Positions 1-8,332 of a DNA stretch of 64,000 nt are shown one piece after another. Within the stretch, counting starts at the first letter, position 1, and every line of letters starts with the position of its first letter. Source of the DNA: an uncultured virus (IMG/VR IMGVR_UViG_3300021473_000001) (lineage: Duplodnaviria; Heunggongvirae; Uroviricota; Caudoviricetes); the IMG/VR virus record IMGVR_UViG_3300021473_000001, one strand, 5' to 3'. Position numbers and translations under genes: made by a program. Under the pieces are notes generated by a model, which was given only the letters and a program-made list of their open reading frames with translations, searched no databases and was not told the origin of the DNA.

Positions 1-117
1 ATCTCTCATTGCATCTCTGTTCAGAGGATCACTTGTCTTCATCGAGTTAATCCATTGTTGAATTGACTCAACTAACATATATTCAACATTACGTGCCCTT
101 GATTTAGCATAAGGCAT
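1..117 (-). CDS. partial hypothetical protein (runs off left edge)
   Basis: Open frame MPYAKSRARNVEYMLVESIQQWINSMKTSDPLNRDAMRD, no stop before position 1; same strand as neighbours. Confidence 0.4.
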   Translation of the reverse strand, partial: MPYAKSRARNVEYMLVESIQQWINSMKTSDPLNRDAMRD

Positions 118-158
118 AAAATTAAATATCTCTTCTGACAAGTATACTTTCTTGAGTA

Positions 159-356
159 TTATTCTTCAATTAGTTTTAAAAGTTCGTCAACTGACACAAC
201 ATTAATCTCTCTGTAGTTAATCAATGTATTTTCTGCGATAGTTCTCTTTAGCCATTCCACTGAAATGTATTCCATATCGCTCTTATGGCCTCTCTCGGTG
301 CTACACCAATTGTTGTAGCCATTATGATCTACGTAGATATTTTTTAATTCATTCAT
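159..356 (-). CDS. hypothetical protein
   Basis: 65-aa ORF overlapping its neighbour in a tightly packed minus-strand run. Confidence 0.7.
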   Translation of the reverse strand: MNELKNIYVDHNGYNNWCSTERGHKSDMEYISVEWLKRTIAENTLINYREINVVSVDELLKLIEE

Positions 357-549
357 TTTGGTTGTTATTTTCTTTTAGTTCTACAGCTTTATCATTCCAC
401 GTTAGTGGCCGTCCAATAAGCTTCTCTATTGAACCTTTGGGGAGATAGACTATATCTTTATCAGATACCCATACATAACCAGTTTTTAAGGGTTTCTGAG
501 TTGTTATTAGTTCATCTCCATCCTCATCACACGCTACCCATGCACTCAT
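349..549 (-). CDS. small phage protein (AWVA..D.DG.E...LPKGSI.KLIGR.LTW type)
   Basis: 66-aa ORF; motif pattern recalled from small Bacteroidota-phage proteins; ATGA coupling to upstream gene. Confidence 0.75.
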   Translation of the reverse strand: MSAWVACDEDGDELITTQKPLKTGYVWVSDKDIVYLPKGSIEKLIGRPLTWNDKAVELKENNNQNE

Positions 550-779
550 GATTTCTTTTTATTAAGTTCAAACCATTCAATAATATTCACATCTACAAAA
601 TGAGAGTTCTTTAAAAGTTCAAAAACCTCAATTTCCGTATACATTCCATGTTGCCATTTAGCTTTAGCTTCAAGAGAGTTAGCACCATCAATAAACAGAT
701 TTCTATCATCTGTATTGTCACATTTACGTTTAGATTTTTCTTCTATTTTCTTTTCTAATTCTTCTTTTGTTGTTGTCAT
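546..779 (-). CDS. hypothetical protein (MYTE.EV...WFE.NKKK type)
   Basis: Start reassigned to ATG 779 (MTTTKEEL), TAATG-coupled to upstream stop; C-terminus resembles 6130..6354. Confidence 0.7.
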   Translation of the reverse strand: MTTTKEELEKKIEEKSKRKCDNTDDRNLFIDGANSLEAKAKWQHGMYTEIEVFELLKNSHFVDVNIIEWFELNKKKS

Positions 780-1000
780 TATTTCATTGAATTTAGTTCT
801 GTTAATACTTCTTTCCAATATGAGTTGTCTATATTCCATTCTCGCTTATATAGTGCAAGTATCTCTTCTACTGCAATAATTGCGCATTTCACCATTTGGT
901 CTGAGTGCATTGAAACAGGGATTGAATACTTTCCAAGTTTTTCATGATGAATAATATCCATTTTCTTTACCAGCTCTTCAGCCTTTGCTTTCGGGGTCAT
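779..1000 (-). CDS. small phage protein (MTPK.KA.EL...YW.EV..E type)
   Basis: 73-aa ORF coupled to neighbours. Confidence 0.75.
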   Translation of the reverse strand: MTPKAKAEELVKKMDIIHHEKLGKYSIPVSMHSDQMVKCAIIAVEEILALYKREWNIDNSYWKEVLTELNSMK

Positions 1001-1527
1001 GGTTGCTCCTTTCTTTCGGTTGGTGGTTGTGGAAGTGGTCTTGTTGGTTTTCGCCTATTATTGGCTTGTTCTTTTGTTGTTGACCACTTACAGTTTTCTT
1101 TATAATATCCATCTTCATTATCAATTCGATCAATTGAGTGGTTTATAGTTGTTGGGTTTCCCATATCACTAAAAAATGCTTCAAATGAATTTTTCCATTC
1201 CTCACATACGGTAATTCCTCTTCCTCCATACCATTTCCATTTATCTGATTTCGGATTAGTACATCTGTTTTTAATATTTTGCCAAATATTATAAACTTTA
1301 GCATTAGCCATGCCATGTATGGTATGATTTACAGCATTTCTGCAACCGCAACTTTTTGAAACTCCACGCACAATCTCGCATACATTTCTGATTGACTCTT
1401 TTCCACATTCACATTTACACAAATAATGTCTTTTCCTATATTTATCTGTATGTGAATATTTAACAATAGTCCAATAATTAAACGATTGCCCTTCTCTGTT
1501 AATTGCGTTATGTGCTATTCTGCTCAT
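997..1527 (-). CDS. HNH-type homing endonuclease
   Basis: C-x-C-x-CG, SKSCGC, W..IK.RC, YGGRGITVC..W, SIDRIDN..GY..ENC.W.T...QANNRR; start likely ATG 1527 (ATGA overlap). Confidence 0.88.
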   Translation of the reverse strand: MSRIAHNAINREGQSFNYWTIVKYSHTDKYRKRHYLCKCECGKESIRNVCEIVRGVSKSCGCRNAVNHTIHGMANAKVYNIWQNIKNRCTNPKSDKWKWYGGRGITVCEEWKNSFEAFFSDMGNPTTINHSIDRIDNEDGYYKENCKWSTTKEQANNRRKPTRPLPQPPTERKEQP

Positions 1528-1868
1528 TTCGTTGGATTTTTTGGAAGTGGTTGCCAATGAGTGACTTTTTCACTTGTATTGACTTCACAATCAAACTTTT
1601 TCACCCCATGTGCAACACTAACTGTAAAATCAATATCAATTAATCTATCTGGATGTATGGATTTAGAAGTGTCATCTATGATTACTAATACCTTTTCACC
1701 ATATTCTGGCAATCTCTCCTCAACATCTATCCACTCTATTTGATCTTCGATTTGGGAGCGATACCATTTAGCACCATCCATCCAGAAGAATCTAATCATT
1801 GATTGATTTGTGTTAGGGTATATCCTTTCTGCTTCTGCCCTGATTTGTTCATCTGTGACTGTTTTCAT
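1524..1868 (-). CDS. DUF551-like protein
   Basis: EWIDVEERLPE...VLV...VTHWQPLP signature; start reassigned to MKTVTDEQ. Confidence 0.8.
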   Translation of the reverse strand: MKTVTDEQIRAEAERIYPNTNQSMIRFFWMDGAKWYRSQIEDQIEWIDVEERLPEYGEKVLVIIDDTSKSIHPDRLIDIDFTVSVAHGVKKFDCEVNTSEKVTHWQPLPKNPTK

Positions 1869-1940
1869 TTGGTTTAAGTTTAATTTATTGCGTTTATACA
1901 TCTATTTTGGTGTGTTGTGGGCAATTGCGTGTAGCGATAA

Positions 1941-2663
1941 GTTATGCTCCATGCCTTAGTTCAGTTCTTCAATTTGAGTTTTGTGATGAAAAACAAAAAG
2001 AATTTCCCAACACACGTTATAAATCATGAATTTTATACGATATAACTTTTACACTATTACCACCCTTTAATCCACGTATCTCTTTTTCAGATATGAAGTT
2101 ATAATAATCATCTTTAAACGCATATACTAAATCATTAAAATCTATATTTTTTAATTTCAAATGACCAGTTATTAATATGTCAAAAATGTTTTCTTTATTA
2201 TCATTTCTAAAATCTGCATTTCCACCCCATATACTTCTTATTTCACTATCAAACGACCAATATTGTCCAACACCTTTATTTTTTTTTACATCATTCTTAA
2301 ATTCATTAATTTCACTCTCTAATAAGGTAATACTTCTATATACAATTAGTGTATCCTCATCAAACCATTCTATTTTATTAAAATATCCTTCTTCTGCCAT
2401 ATCCATGACATTTTTATCACTAAACCCATTATTAAGATATAATTGTTTCAATTTATCGGTATTTGTAAATTCTTTAGAGTTTTCATTAACAAACTGCTTA
2501 AAGTTCTTCACCTTATCAATCATTTCTCGTATCTCTTTACTCATAATTTTTTTCTTTATATATAAATATTCAATTTTAAAAAATCCACCCTAAAATTCTT
2601 TTTGTTTTTATTTCGTGTTTCAAATTAGCATTATCTGTTAATAAGTCGGCACGAGAGCATAAC
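1941..2663. mobile_element. attC-like gene cassette B (carries 2017..2544)
   Basis: Terminal inverted repeats GTTATGCTCCATGCC (1941) / GGCACGAGAGCATAAC (2648-2663); inner inverted AAAACAAAAAGAATTT blocks near both ends. Confidence 0.65.
2017..2544 (-). CDS. putative ADP-ribosyltransferase-like protein with myophage-type N-terminal peptide
   Basis: N-term MSKEIREMIDKVKNFKQFVNE; R-S-E-like motifs IVYRSI / QYWSFD / SEKEIR. Confidence 0.6.
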   Translation of the reverse strand: MSKEIREMIDKVKNFKQFVNENSKEFTNTDKLKQLYLNNGFSDKNVMDMAEEGYFNKIEWFDEDTLIVYRSITLLESEINEFKNDVKKNKGVGQYWSFDSEIRSIWGGNADFRNDNKENIFDILITGHLKLKNIDFNDLVYAFKDDYYNFISEKEIRGLKGGNSVKVISYKIHDL

Positions 2664-2750
2664 AACGTGTATATTCAAGTTTGCATCAACATTTGTGCAT
2701 AATTCAAAGTTTCTACACGCAAACCTGAAATATACACGCAACCGTTAGGT
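2657..2750. other. attC-like recombination hairpin
   Basis: GCATAAC...GTTAGGT core ends; arms CGTGTATATTCAAGTTTGC (2666-2684) / GCAAACCTGAAATATACACG (2719-2738) with one extrahelical base and one mismatch. Confidence 0.65.
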
Positions 2751-2993
2751 GCAATGCTAACCGACACTACCTGCTAATTTGTAGAATGTATTGACAATCT
2801 CTCTTTCGTTAGGTTCTAATTTTAAAACCTTGCTTGTTAGTTCTTCATATTCACCTGCATCGTGAACATCCGAATTATGATACATTACTTTTGTTTCTTT
2901 GTTTTTTACAACAATCTTTTGACCTGTGTTTTCGTCAATAAATTCAATTTTTAATTTCATATTTTAAAATTTGTGAGAAGCACTGCACCTAAC
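2744..2993. mobile_element. attC-like gene cassette A (carries 2757..2960)
   Basis: GTTAGGTGCAATGC (2744-2757) and GCACTGCACCTAAC (2980-2993) are 13/14 inverted repeats tightly bracketing one gene. Confidence 0.65.
2757..2960 (-). CDS. hypothetical cassette protein
   Basis: 67-aa ORF filling cassette A. Confidence 0.7.
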   Translation of the reverse strand: MKLKIEFIDENTGQKIVVKNKETKVMYHNSDVHDAGEYEELTSKVLKLEPNEREIVNTFYKLAGSVG

Positions 2994-3042
2994 AGCACAT
3001 AGGCAATAGTTGCCAGAAACTTCTCGGTTAATACGGTCATAA

Positions 3043-3552
3043 CTATTTCTTTTTAGATTGTAACATCATATTTAATCTTCCAATTATACTTCCATAGCAT
3101 TGAATCAACTCAGAATCAGAAACTAAGTCTAATCTAAGGTTAATTTCCTCAATCTCATCTCGCAACTCCTCTATCTCCCTAATAGGGATGGAGGGTTCAA
3201 CTTGTGCAATTTCTGCACTTGTTTCAACTGTTGGAGTGGAAAGGCTTTCCTTTATTTCAAGGATTTTATTTCTTGCATCAATCCCTTCTTGAACTCTCTT
3301 AGACTGCCACCCATGTACAGATAACATTACAGCACAATCATCTAACTCCTTTCCTAATAATGTAATATAATCGTTCATTGCATAGATAAGTGGCTCTAAT
3401 TGATCATCCCTCTTCGCCACTGCCAAAGCTGACTGCTGGGAGGCGAATTGGTGAATGGATTTTCCAAGTTTCACCCTAGCATTATTCGATAACAATATAT
3501 CAAAATCTGGCAATAATTCTGCAAGTATTTCCTCTGCTGTTTGATTTTTCAT
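3043..3552 (-). CDS. hypothetical protein
   Basis: 169-aa ORF. Confidence 0.75.
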   Translation of the reverse strand: MKNQTAEEILAELLPDFDILLSNNARVKLGKSIHQFASQQSALAVAKRDDQLEPLIYAMNDYITLLGKELDDCAVMLSVHGWQSKRVQEGIDARNKILEIKESLSTPTVETSAEIAQVEPSIPIREIEELRDEIEEINLRLDLVSDSELIQCYGSIIGRLNMMLQSKKK

Positions 3553-3555
3553 ATT

Positions 3556-3825
3556 TTAATTTTTTATCCTCAATCCAAATTCTTTATAAAACCATTCAAA
3601 TATTGATTCAGCTTTTGTTCTGTTACATTTGAATGTCTTCTTAGCTTCTTTAATACAATGATCTCTTAGGATATCATAATTTTTCCTTGAGATAGACCAA
3701 TGTTTTCTCCAATCTTCTTCGTCAATGACATCCACTCTTGTTTTTTCTATTAATACTAACAGAAAATCGAAGAAATGGAAGCCAATGTTTTGACGAGTTA
3801 TTTTAGTTAGATAAAGTGGTTCCAT
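3556..3825 (-). CDS. hypothetical protein
   Basis: 89-aa ORF TAATG-coupled to polB. Confidence 0.8.
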   Translation of the reverse strand: MEPLYLTKITRQNIGFHFFDFLLVLIEKTRVDVIDEEDWRKHWSISRKNYDILRDHCIKEAKKTFKCNRTKAESIFEWFYKEFGLRIKN

Positions 3826-5789
3826 TAGAACAATGTTAATTGATTACTTGATTCTACTTTATGTTTTCTTCCTTCATACAGGATTTTCATAACAATTCTA
3901 TTAGCTCTATCTATGTAATAGTTTCTATTAATGTTATCCATAGGATGATCTTTAGTGAGATGGTTACAAACAGTGGCTACCCAATCTCCTGCATCCACCT
4001 GACTAACAGCAACAGCATTAGTAGTACATTCAGCATTCTTGATCTTCAGGATCTTTTCTCCTTTCCAAGAGATATAATATCTAATTAGTTTATTGTAAAC
4101 ACTAATCTTTCCTGTCTCTCTGTTGTGTCCTTCATAATGAAAATCTTTACTAGCTTTTTGTCTCATGGCAAAGTCAAAAACATTACTATGATTGACAATA
4201 CTATCACTAATAGATATCCCGTGAACAAAATAATTACTAAGTGCGATTGGAACCACTCTAGCACTTTTATTTTTATGTAATTCGAAGTCAACCAGGAAAT
4301 CACCTTTTCTTTTAATTTCTCCATTTGTCTTAATTGCTAAATAATCATTTACTGTACTAAAAATAATTTTTGAATAGTCTGTCCTCTCAAGCTCATATTG
4401 TGTTAGATTCATCCACCAAGAGTTGATCTCTGTCATTTTATCTATCTTATCCTTAGGAATCATTACAGTAATACCATCTGTATTACATGATATAACAGGA
4501 ATCCCAGCAAGTTCATAAGCTTCAATAAGCATCATTAATGACAATTCACCTGTGATAGTAGTAAACATTGTAAGAAGTCTGTCAAACATCCAGCTAGACA
4601 TATCAGAACTCTTGCCATAAACACTATTAACAGCAAGCTTTAATGCTCCAACTATCCCTGCTATACGTTTATCTGTCTTTGCAAGAGGTTTAAGCTCCAA
4701 TCTCCTTTCAAACATCTTCTTATATCCCTTTAGGAATTCCTTTCCTAAATGCCCTGGATATTTGTTATTATTGATAATGATAGCTGGATAATATGACGAA
4801 ACATCCCAATCTATAATGAACAGATCTTCTGTAGCTTCAAATATCTTTGGAGTATTGACAGTATGAAGACCTCCTCTGGCAAATGTATATGTCTGACCGT
4901 AGAATTTAATTTCCTCTAAGAACTCATCTTTCATTGTCATACTTCTTCCTCTAATTTGCTTATGAAACTCTTTCATTTGAGGAGTTTTAAAAACTACATA
5001 TGGAGCTATACATTGCTTAACTAATATGACAGGACGAAATGTTCCTTTCTTTGGCAGATCTGAATAGCTAATTTGTTTCTCCTGGCAATAGAATTTCTTA
5101 ATCATTTCATCTCCTATCTTACTATCAGAATAGTTCAGACAGGGGATGCCAAATTCTATCTCTATATCTTGTCTCAATTGAATTTGATTATTGCCTTTAT
5201 ACAGAGGATGTTCTGTTTCACCTATTAAAACTTTATAAAATTCATAAAGTGCTTTTACGTCATTTTCACAATAATGAATCACTAATATACAATCTTCTTT
5301 AGTAATATCCTTTTTCTGAAAATCTATAGGAGTCTCTTCCAGATTTTCCATGTCCATCTCAAATTCTAGTCTTTTTAAGGAAACTATACGATTTTTATTA
5401 GAATAATGTGCTACTTCAAAAGGATCAATAGTCTTAAAACTTAATTCAACTTCTCTATAGTTAGGAAAAATATTATAATTAGAATTATCTATTGTATCTG
5501 CAGCAAGTTGAGAAATTATAGCACATATTTCTAAGTTTCCTTTTTCATTCCAATTTTCATAATTTCTGATTATAAACTCTAATACTTGAGTATCAAATCT
5601 CAATCCATTATAAAACACAAAATAATGATCTTCGTGTGATTCTATATATTTTACAAGCTTATCTAAATCATTCTTCCATTTAGATACTGCAAATCTATAC
5701 CACTTATCTTCCTGAGGATCGTAGCACACACATAAGAAAATCTCAAAATATGTTTCTAAATCTGCAATTATAACTGTAGGATTACTCAT
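3825..5789 (-). CDS. polB: family B DNA polymerase
   Basis: Exonuclease motifs DLET, YNGLRFD, YCENDV; polymerase motifs DWDVSSYYP, KLAVNSVYG, NTDG. Confidence 0.93.
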   Translation of the reverse strand: MSNPTVIIADLETYFEIFLCVCYDPQEDKWYRFAVSKWKNDLDKLVKYIESHEDHYFVFYNGLRFDTQVLEFIIRNYENWNEKGNLEICAIISQLAADTIDNSNYNIFPNYREVELSFKTIDPFEVAHYSNKNRIVSLKRLEFEMDMENLEETPIDFQKKDITKEDCILVIHYCENDVKALYEFYKVLIGETEHPLYKGNNQIQLRQDIEIEFGIPCLNYSDSKIGDEMIKKFYCQEKQISYSDLPKKGTFRPVILVKQCIAPYVVFKTPQMKEFHKQIRGRSMTMKDEFLEEIKFYGQTYTFARGGLHTVNTPKIFEATEDLFIIDWDVSSYYPAIIINNNKYPGHLGKEFLKGYKKMFERRLELKPLAKTDKRIAGIVGALKLAVNSVYGKSSDMSSWMFDRLLTMFTTITGELSLMMLIEAYELAGIPVISCNTDGITVMIPKDKIDKMTEINSWWMNLTQYELERTDYSKIIFSTVNDYLAIKTNGEIKRKGDFLVDFELHKNKSARVVPIALSNYFVHGISISDSIVNHSNVFDFAMRQKASKDFHYEGHNRETGKISVYNKLIRYYISWKGEKILKIKNAECTTNAVAVSQVDAGDWVATVCNHLTKDHPMDNINRNYYIDRANRIVMKILYEGRKHKVESSNQLTLF

Positions 5790-5791
5790 AA

Positions 5792-6133
5792 TTAAATAAG
5801 TTTTAGCGCAATTTCAATAGCTTCAGATAGGGTATGTACTGGTTGTCCAATGGTTCCAACAGACCAATCAAATGATGTAACGGAATGAGAATTCTCGACA
5901 ATCTTGATCTGCTTAATGTCACGAAACCAATCAATGGCTTGTCCCCATGTAGCAGCTCTCACTTCAGAATCATATTGATCCCATTCACAACTGCAATCTG
6001 CCTCAGAAGTTGTAATAACTTTTGAACATAACTTTGCTGAAGATGTACGTGTATATCCACAGATACAATCTTCAGCAAATCCTTTTTCTTCAAGCTTCTT
6101 CATAAGCTCAATTGGTACAAATAGATGTTTCAT
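5792..6133 (-). CDS. hypothetical protein
   Basis: 113-aa ORF; FV..EL..KL.EKGF..A.TW.QA.DWFR pattern of small phage proteins. Confidence 0.75.
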   Translation of the reverse strand: MKHLFVPIELMKKLEEKGFAEDCICGYTRTSSAKLCSKVITTSEADCSCEWDQYDSEVRAATWGQAIDWFRDIKQIKIVENSHSVTSFDWSVGTIGQPVHTLSEAIEIALKLI

Positions 6134-6354
6134 AATTTCTTTTTATTAAGTTCCCAAAATTCTTGAGGATCAAGATCAAATTCTGAAGCAGCAGCATAAG
6201 CTGAATAGATGAGTGATCTTACCTCACTGTCTGTATAGAGATCACTCATTTGTGCAATACCCCATGTAGCACCTATAAGCCATGAATCTTGAAATCGTGG
6301 ATCATCAGCATGACCTCTTGCTCTCTGTAGCATTGTTTCTTTTGTTGGTTTCAT
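6130..6354 (-). CDS. hypothetical protein, similar to 546..779
   Basis: LYTDSEV...FWELNKKK vs MYTEIEV...WFELNKKK. Confidence 0.7.
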   Translation of the reverse strand: MKPTKETMLQRARGHADDPRFQDSWLIGATWGIAQMSDLYTDSEVRSLIYSAYAAASEFDLDPQEFWELNKKKL

Positions 6355-6515
6355 AACTTTTTTGGTCTAATTCTAATTATAAACCCTATTCCCAATATTA
6401 TAAAATAATACAAGATAATGATGTTCTTGTGATGGATCCTTGAGATATGTATAACATCTCTTACAGGACATTTCTTTCTCCAGTGATTAACTAGATAAAT
6501 TACTTTTCTTTTCAT
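6351..6515 (-). CDS. small putative membrane protein (not in ORF track)
   Basis: 54 aa MKRKVIYLVNHW...IIILYYFIILGIGFII; ATGA coupling at 6351-6354. Confidence 0.55.
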   Translation of the reverse strand: MKRKVIYLVNHWRKKCPVRDVIHISRIHHKNIIILYYFIILGIGFIIRIRPKKL

Positions 6516-6532
6516 ATTCTAAAGGATTTAAT

Positions 6533-6569
6533 GTAAAAGTCCCTGTCATCTATTTAAGAGACAGGGACT
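6533..6569 (-). terminator. intrinsic terminator
   Basis: 10-bp stem AGTCCCTGTC/GACAGGGACT followed by T-run on minus strand. Confidence 0.6.
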
Positions 6570-6590
6570 ATAAATTTACTAATTTTTTTA

Positions 6591-6989
6591 TTATAATGGT
6601 CTAATAATTACTTTACTTTCTTCAATAATAGGAATTATAGCTCCATAATTATAAGCTACATCCTCTATTTCTATCTCTACACTTCCTTCATAATCCTTTA
6701 GAATAAGATTAATGTCTTTGAGCTCGATATCTCTGTATTCATCAGATTCTTCAGAAGGATCAAACCATCCTATTTGTTCAGGAGTGGCAAGCACAAGATC
6801 ATGTTCTCCCATTATATACATATCAACAGGAGCTCCATGTTTCTGAAAGAATTCTTCTGGATCATAATTAGCTTTGGTAATTTCAAACAGCTCAACAGTC
6901 TTGTCAGGATTAATTTTAACAAAACGCATTCCTATTTCAATTGTTAAAGGCTTATAGCTCTTTAACACAAGTTCTGCATTGTAATACAT
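6591..6989 (-). CDS. hypothetical protein
   Basis: 132-aa acidic ORF. Confidence 0.8.
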   Translation of the reverse strand: MYYNAELVLKSYKPLTIEIGMRFVKINPDKTVELFEITKANYDPEEFFQKHGAPVDMYIMGEHDLVLATPEQIGWFDPSEESDEYRDIELKDINLILKDYEGSVEIEIEDVAYNYGAIIPIIEESKVIIRPL

Positions 6990-6994
6990 TGGAG

Positions 6995-7177
6995 TTAATT
7001 AAAGTTTATAATACATGTGTCACCTTTAACTGTAGCTCTGCCAAGAGAATCAAGAACAATTGTTCTATTCTTAACAGAGATTACATAATGAGGTTGATAT
7101 TTTATTTCGAATCTGCCAGGTTTATGCATTAGCATAGCACAAATCATAACAACTATTGAATACTTCATTGTCTTCAT
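6995..7177 (-). CDS. small protein with hydrophobic N-terminus
   Basis: 60-aa ORF. Confidence 0.55.
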   Translation of the reverse strand: MKTMKYSIVVMICAMLMHKPGRFEIKYQPHYVISVKNRTIVLDSLGRATVKGDTCIINFN

Positions 7178-7185
7178 AAGGAATT

Positions 7186-7227
7186 AATAAAAGAATGGCC
7201 ACCAATCGGGCAGATCGATGACCATTC
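7186..7227 (-). terminator. intrinsic terminator closing the RNA cluster
   Basis: 15-bp stem GAATGGTCATCGATC/GATTGGTGGCCATTC (pairs fully, with G-U, only on minus strand) then TTTTATT. Confidence 0.75.
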
Positions 7228-7256
7228 AAACCTAACCTAAACCCAAAAAATGCGTG

Positions 7257-7321
7257 GAAGAGGGCTTTTTACTTATCCAGTGGGAAAACACCTTCATAAT
7301 AAAAAGTTTCCACCCCTCTTC
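7257..7321 (-). ncRNA. structured RNA with possible loop-bulge pseudoknot
   Basis: GAAGAGGG/CCCTCTTC and CTTTTTATT/AGTAAAAAG stems; bulge GTGGAAA nearly complementary to loop TTTCCCAC. Confidence 0.45.
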
Positions 7322-7325
7322 GATG

Positions 7326-7420
7326 TGGAGAATACAGGACTCGAACCTGTAACTACAGACTGTAGCAATTAAATAAATTAATTACAATAGCGTCCAGTTC
7401 TACCCTTGAACTAATTCCCC
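7326..7420 (-). tRNA. tRNA-like RNA with expanded anticodon arm (identity undetermined)
   Basis: Acceptor GGGGAAT/ATTCTCC+A, D arm GTTC-AAGGGTA-GAAC, T arm ACAGG-TTCGAGT-CCTGT; 31-nt anticodon-loop region containing a hairpin. Confidence 0.75.
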
Positions 7421-7426
7421 TAGAAA

Positions 7427-7536
7427 AAATCATTGCCCACTATCATCTCGTGCAAGCACTCCTCATATCTCTATGAAATCTATGCATTCGTGTGCGTCTG
7501 CTTATCAGGCGATTATCCCTGGCGTTGCAATGATTT
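7427..7536 (-). ncRNA. multi-stem structured RNA
   Basis: 10-bp closing stem AAATCATTGC/GCAATGATTT, inner GCAC/GTGC stem and TTTCATA-GAGA-TATGAGG GNRA hairpin. Confidence 0.5.
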
Positions 7537-7540
7537 AATT

Positions 7541-7768
7541 TTAAAACAAATTTAATTCTTTTTCTTCTTCTTCTTCAAGTTCATCACACATTTCATCATA
7601 ACACACTCCACATATTCCAGAGATGAGAAGTTCTCTTTCATCTGCTGATAAATTGGGACATATGTCTTGTATTAATCTACGTGGTCTCTTGCTTAATTCA
7701 GCTATTTGCTCTGCTGTAATATCTATTGAATGTTCTGAACTACATGTAATACATCTTATTTTTCTCAT
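7541..7768 (-). CDS. small Zn-finger-like protein
   Basis: CITC ... ERELLISGICGVC. Confidence 0.75.
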   Translation of the reverse strand: MRKIRCITCSSEHSIDITAEQIAELSKRPRRLIQDICPNLSADERELLISGICGVCYDEMCDELEEEEEKELNLF

Positions 7769-8319
7769 TTGAATTTTAGTTTTAACTCTTTTTGAATAAT
7801 AATTACTTTCAATCTCTCTACATAACCAGGATCTTCAGCATAATATTGAGACAAATAGCTGTAATATTCATCCTCTGTTTTAATGTTGGACAAATATGTG
7901 GCTGAGTAAAATGCTCTGTCATATACAGAATCCATCCAAGTATCATATATTGCATATTCATTATTTGTTCCTTTAGATATATGAATTCTCACATATGCCT
8001 GCTTCATGCCAAACAAATTTTTATTCTCAATGAATATTGAAGACTTAAATGAATGTGTTTCATGTATAGCCTGGGCCATTACAATATATGGAAAAGGAAA
8101 ATTCAAAGAGCTAATTAATTTAATTAACTTTTCTTCACTAAACTCATTACGCTGAGCTATAATTAACTTTGCTTCTCCTTCTATGAATATCTTTTTCTCA
8201 AAAGATAGGATTAATATCCATAGTCCTATTATTACAACAGCACACAATACATAAATCCACACATGTTCAGACCAGTTAACTCTTACAAATTCTAATGTAG
8301 ACTTATTAAATTTATACAT
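7765..8319 (-). CDS. GH73 glucosaminidase/muramidase with N-terminal TM helix
   Basis: AQAIHET...NLFGMK...Y.TW.DSV...YAEDPGY motifs; hydrophobic segment near the N-terminus. Confidence 0.82.
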   Translation of the reverse strand: MYKFNKSTLEFVRVNWSEHVWIYVLCAVVIIGLWILILSFEKKIFIEGEAKLIIAQRNEFSEEKLIKLISSLNFPFPYIVMAQAIHETHSFKSSIFIENKNLFGMKQAYVRIHISKGTNNEYAIYDTWMDSVYDRAFYSATYLSNIKTEDEYYSYLSQYYAEDPGYVERLKVIIIQKELKLKFK

Positions 8320-8332
8320 AGTAAGGATTTAG

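Noticed and set aside
7460..7510. Hammerhead ribozyme (CTGATAA on minus strand)
   Set aside because: Core deviates from CUGANGA and no properly placed GAAA.
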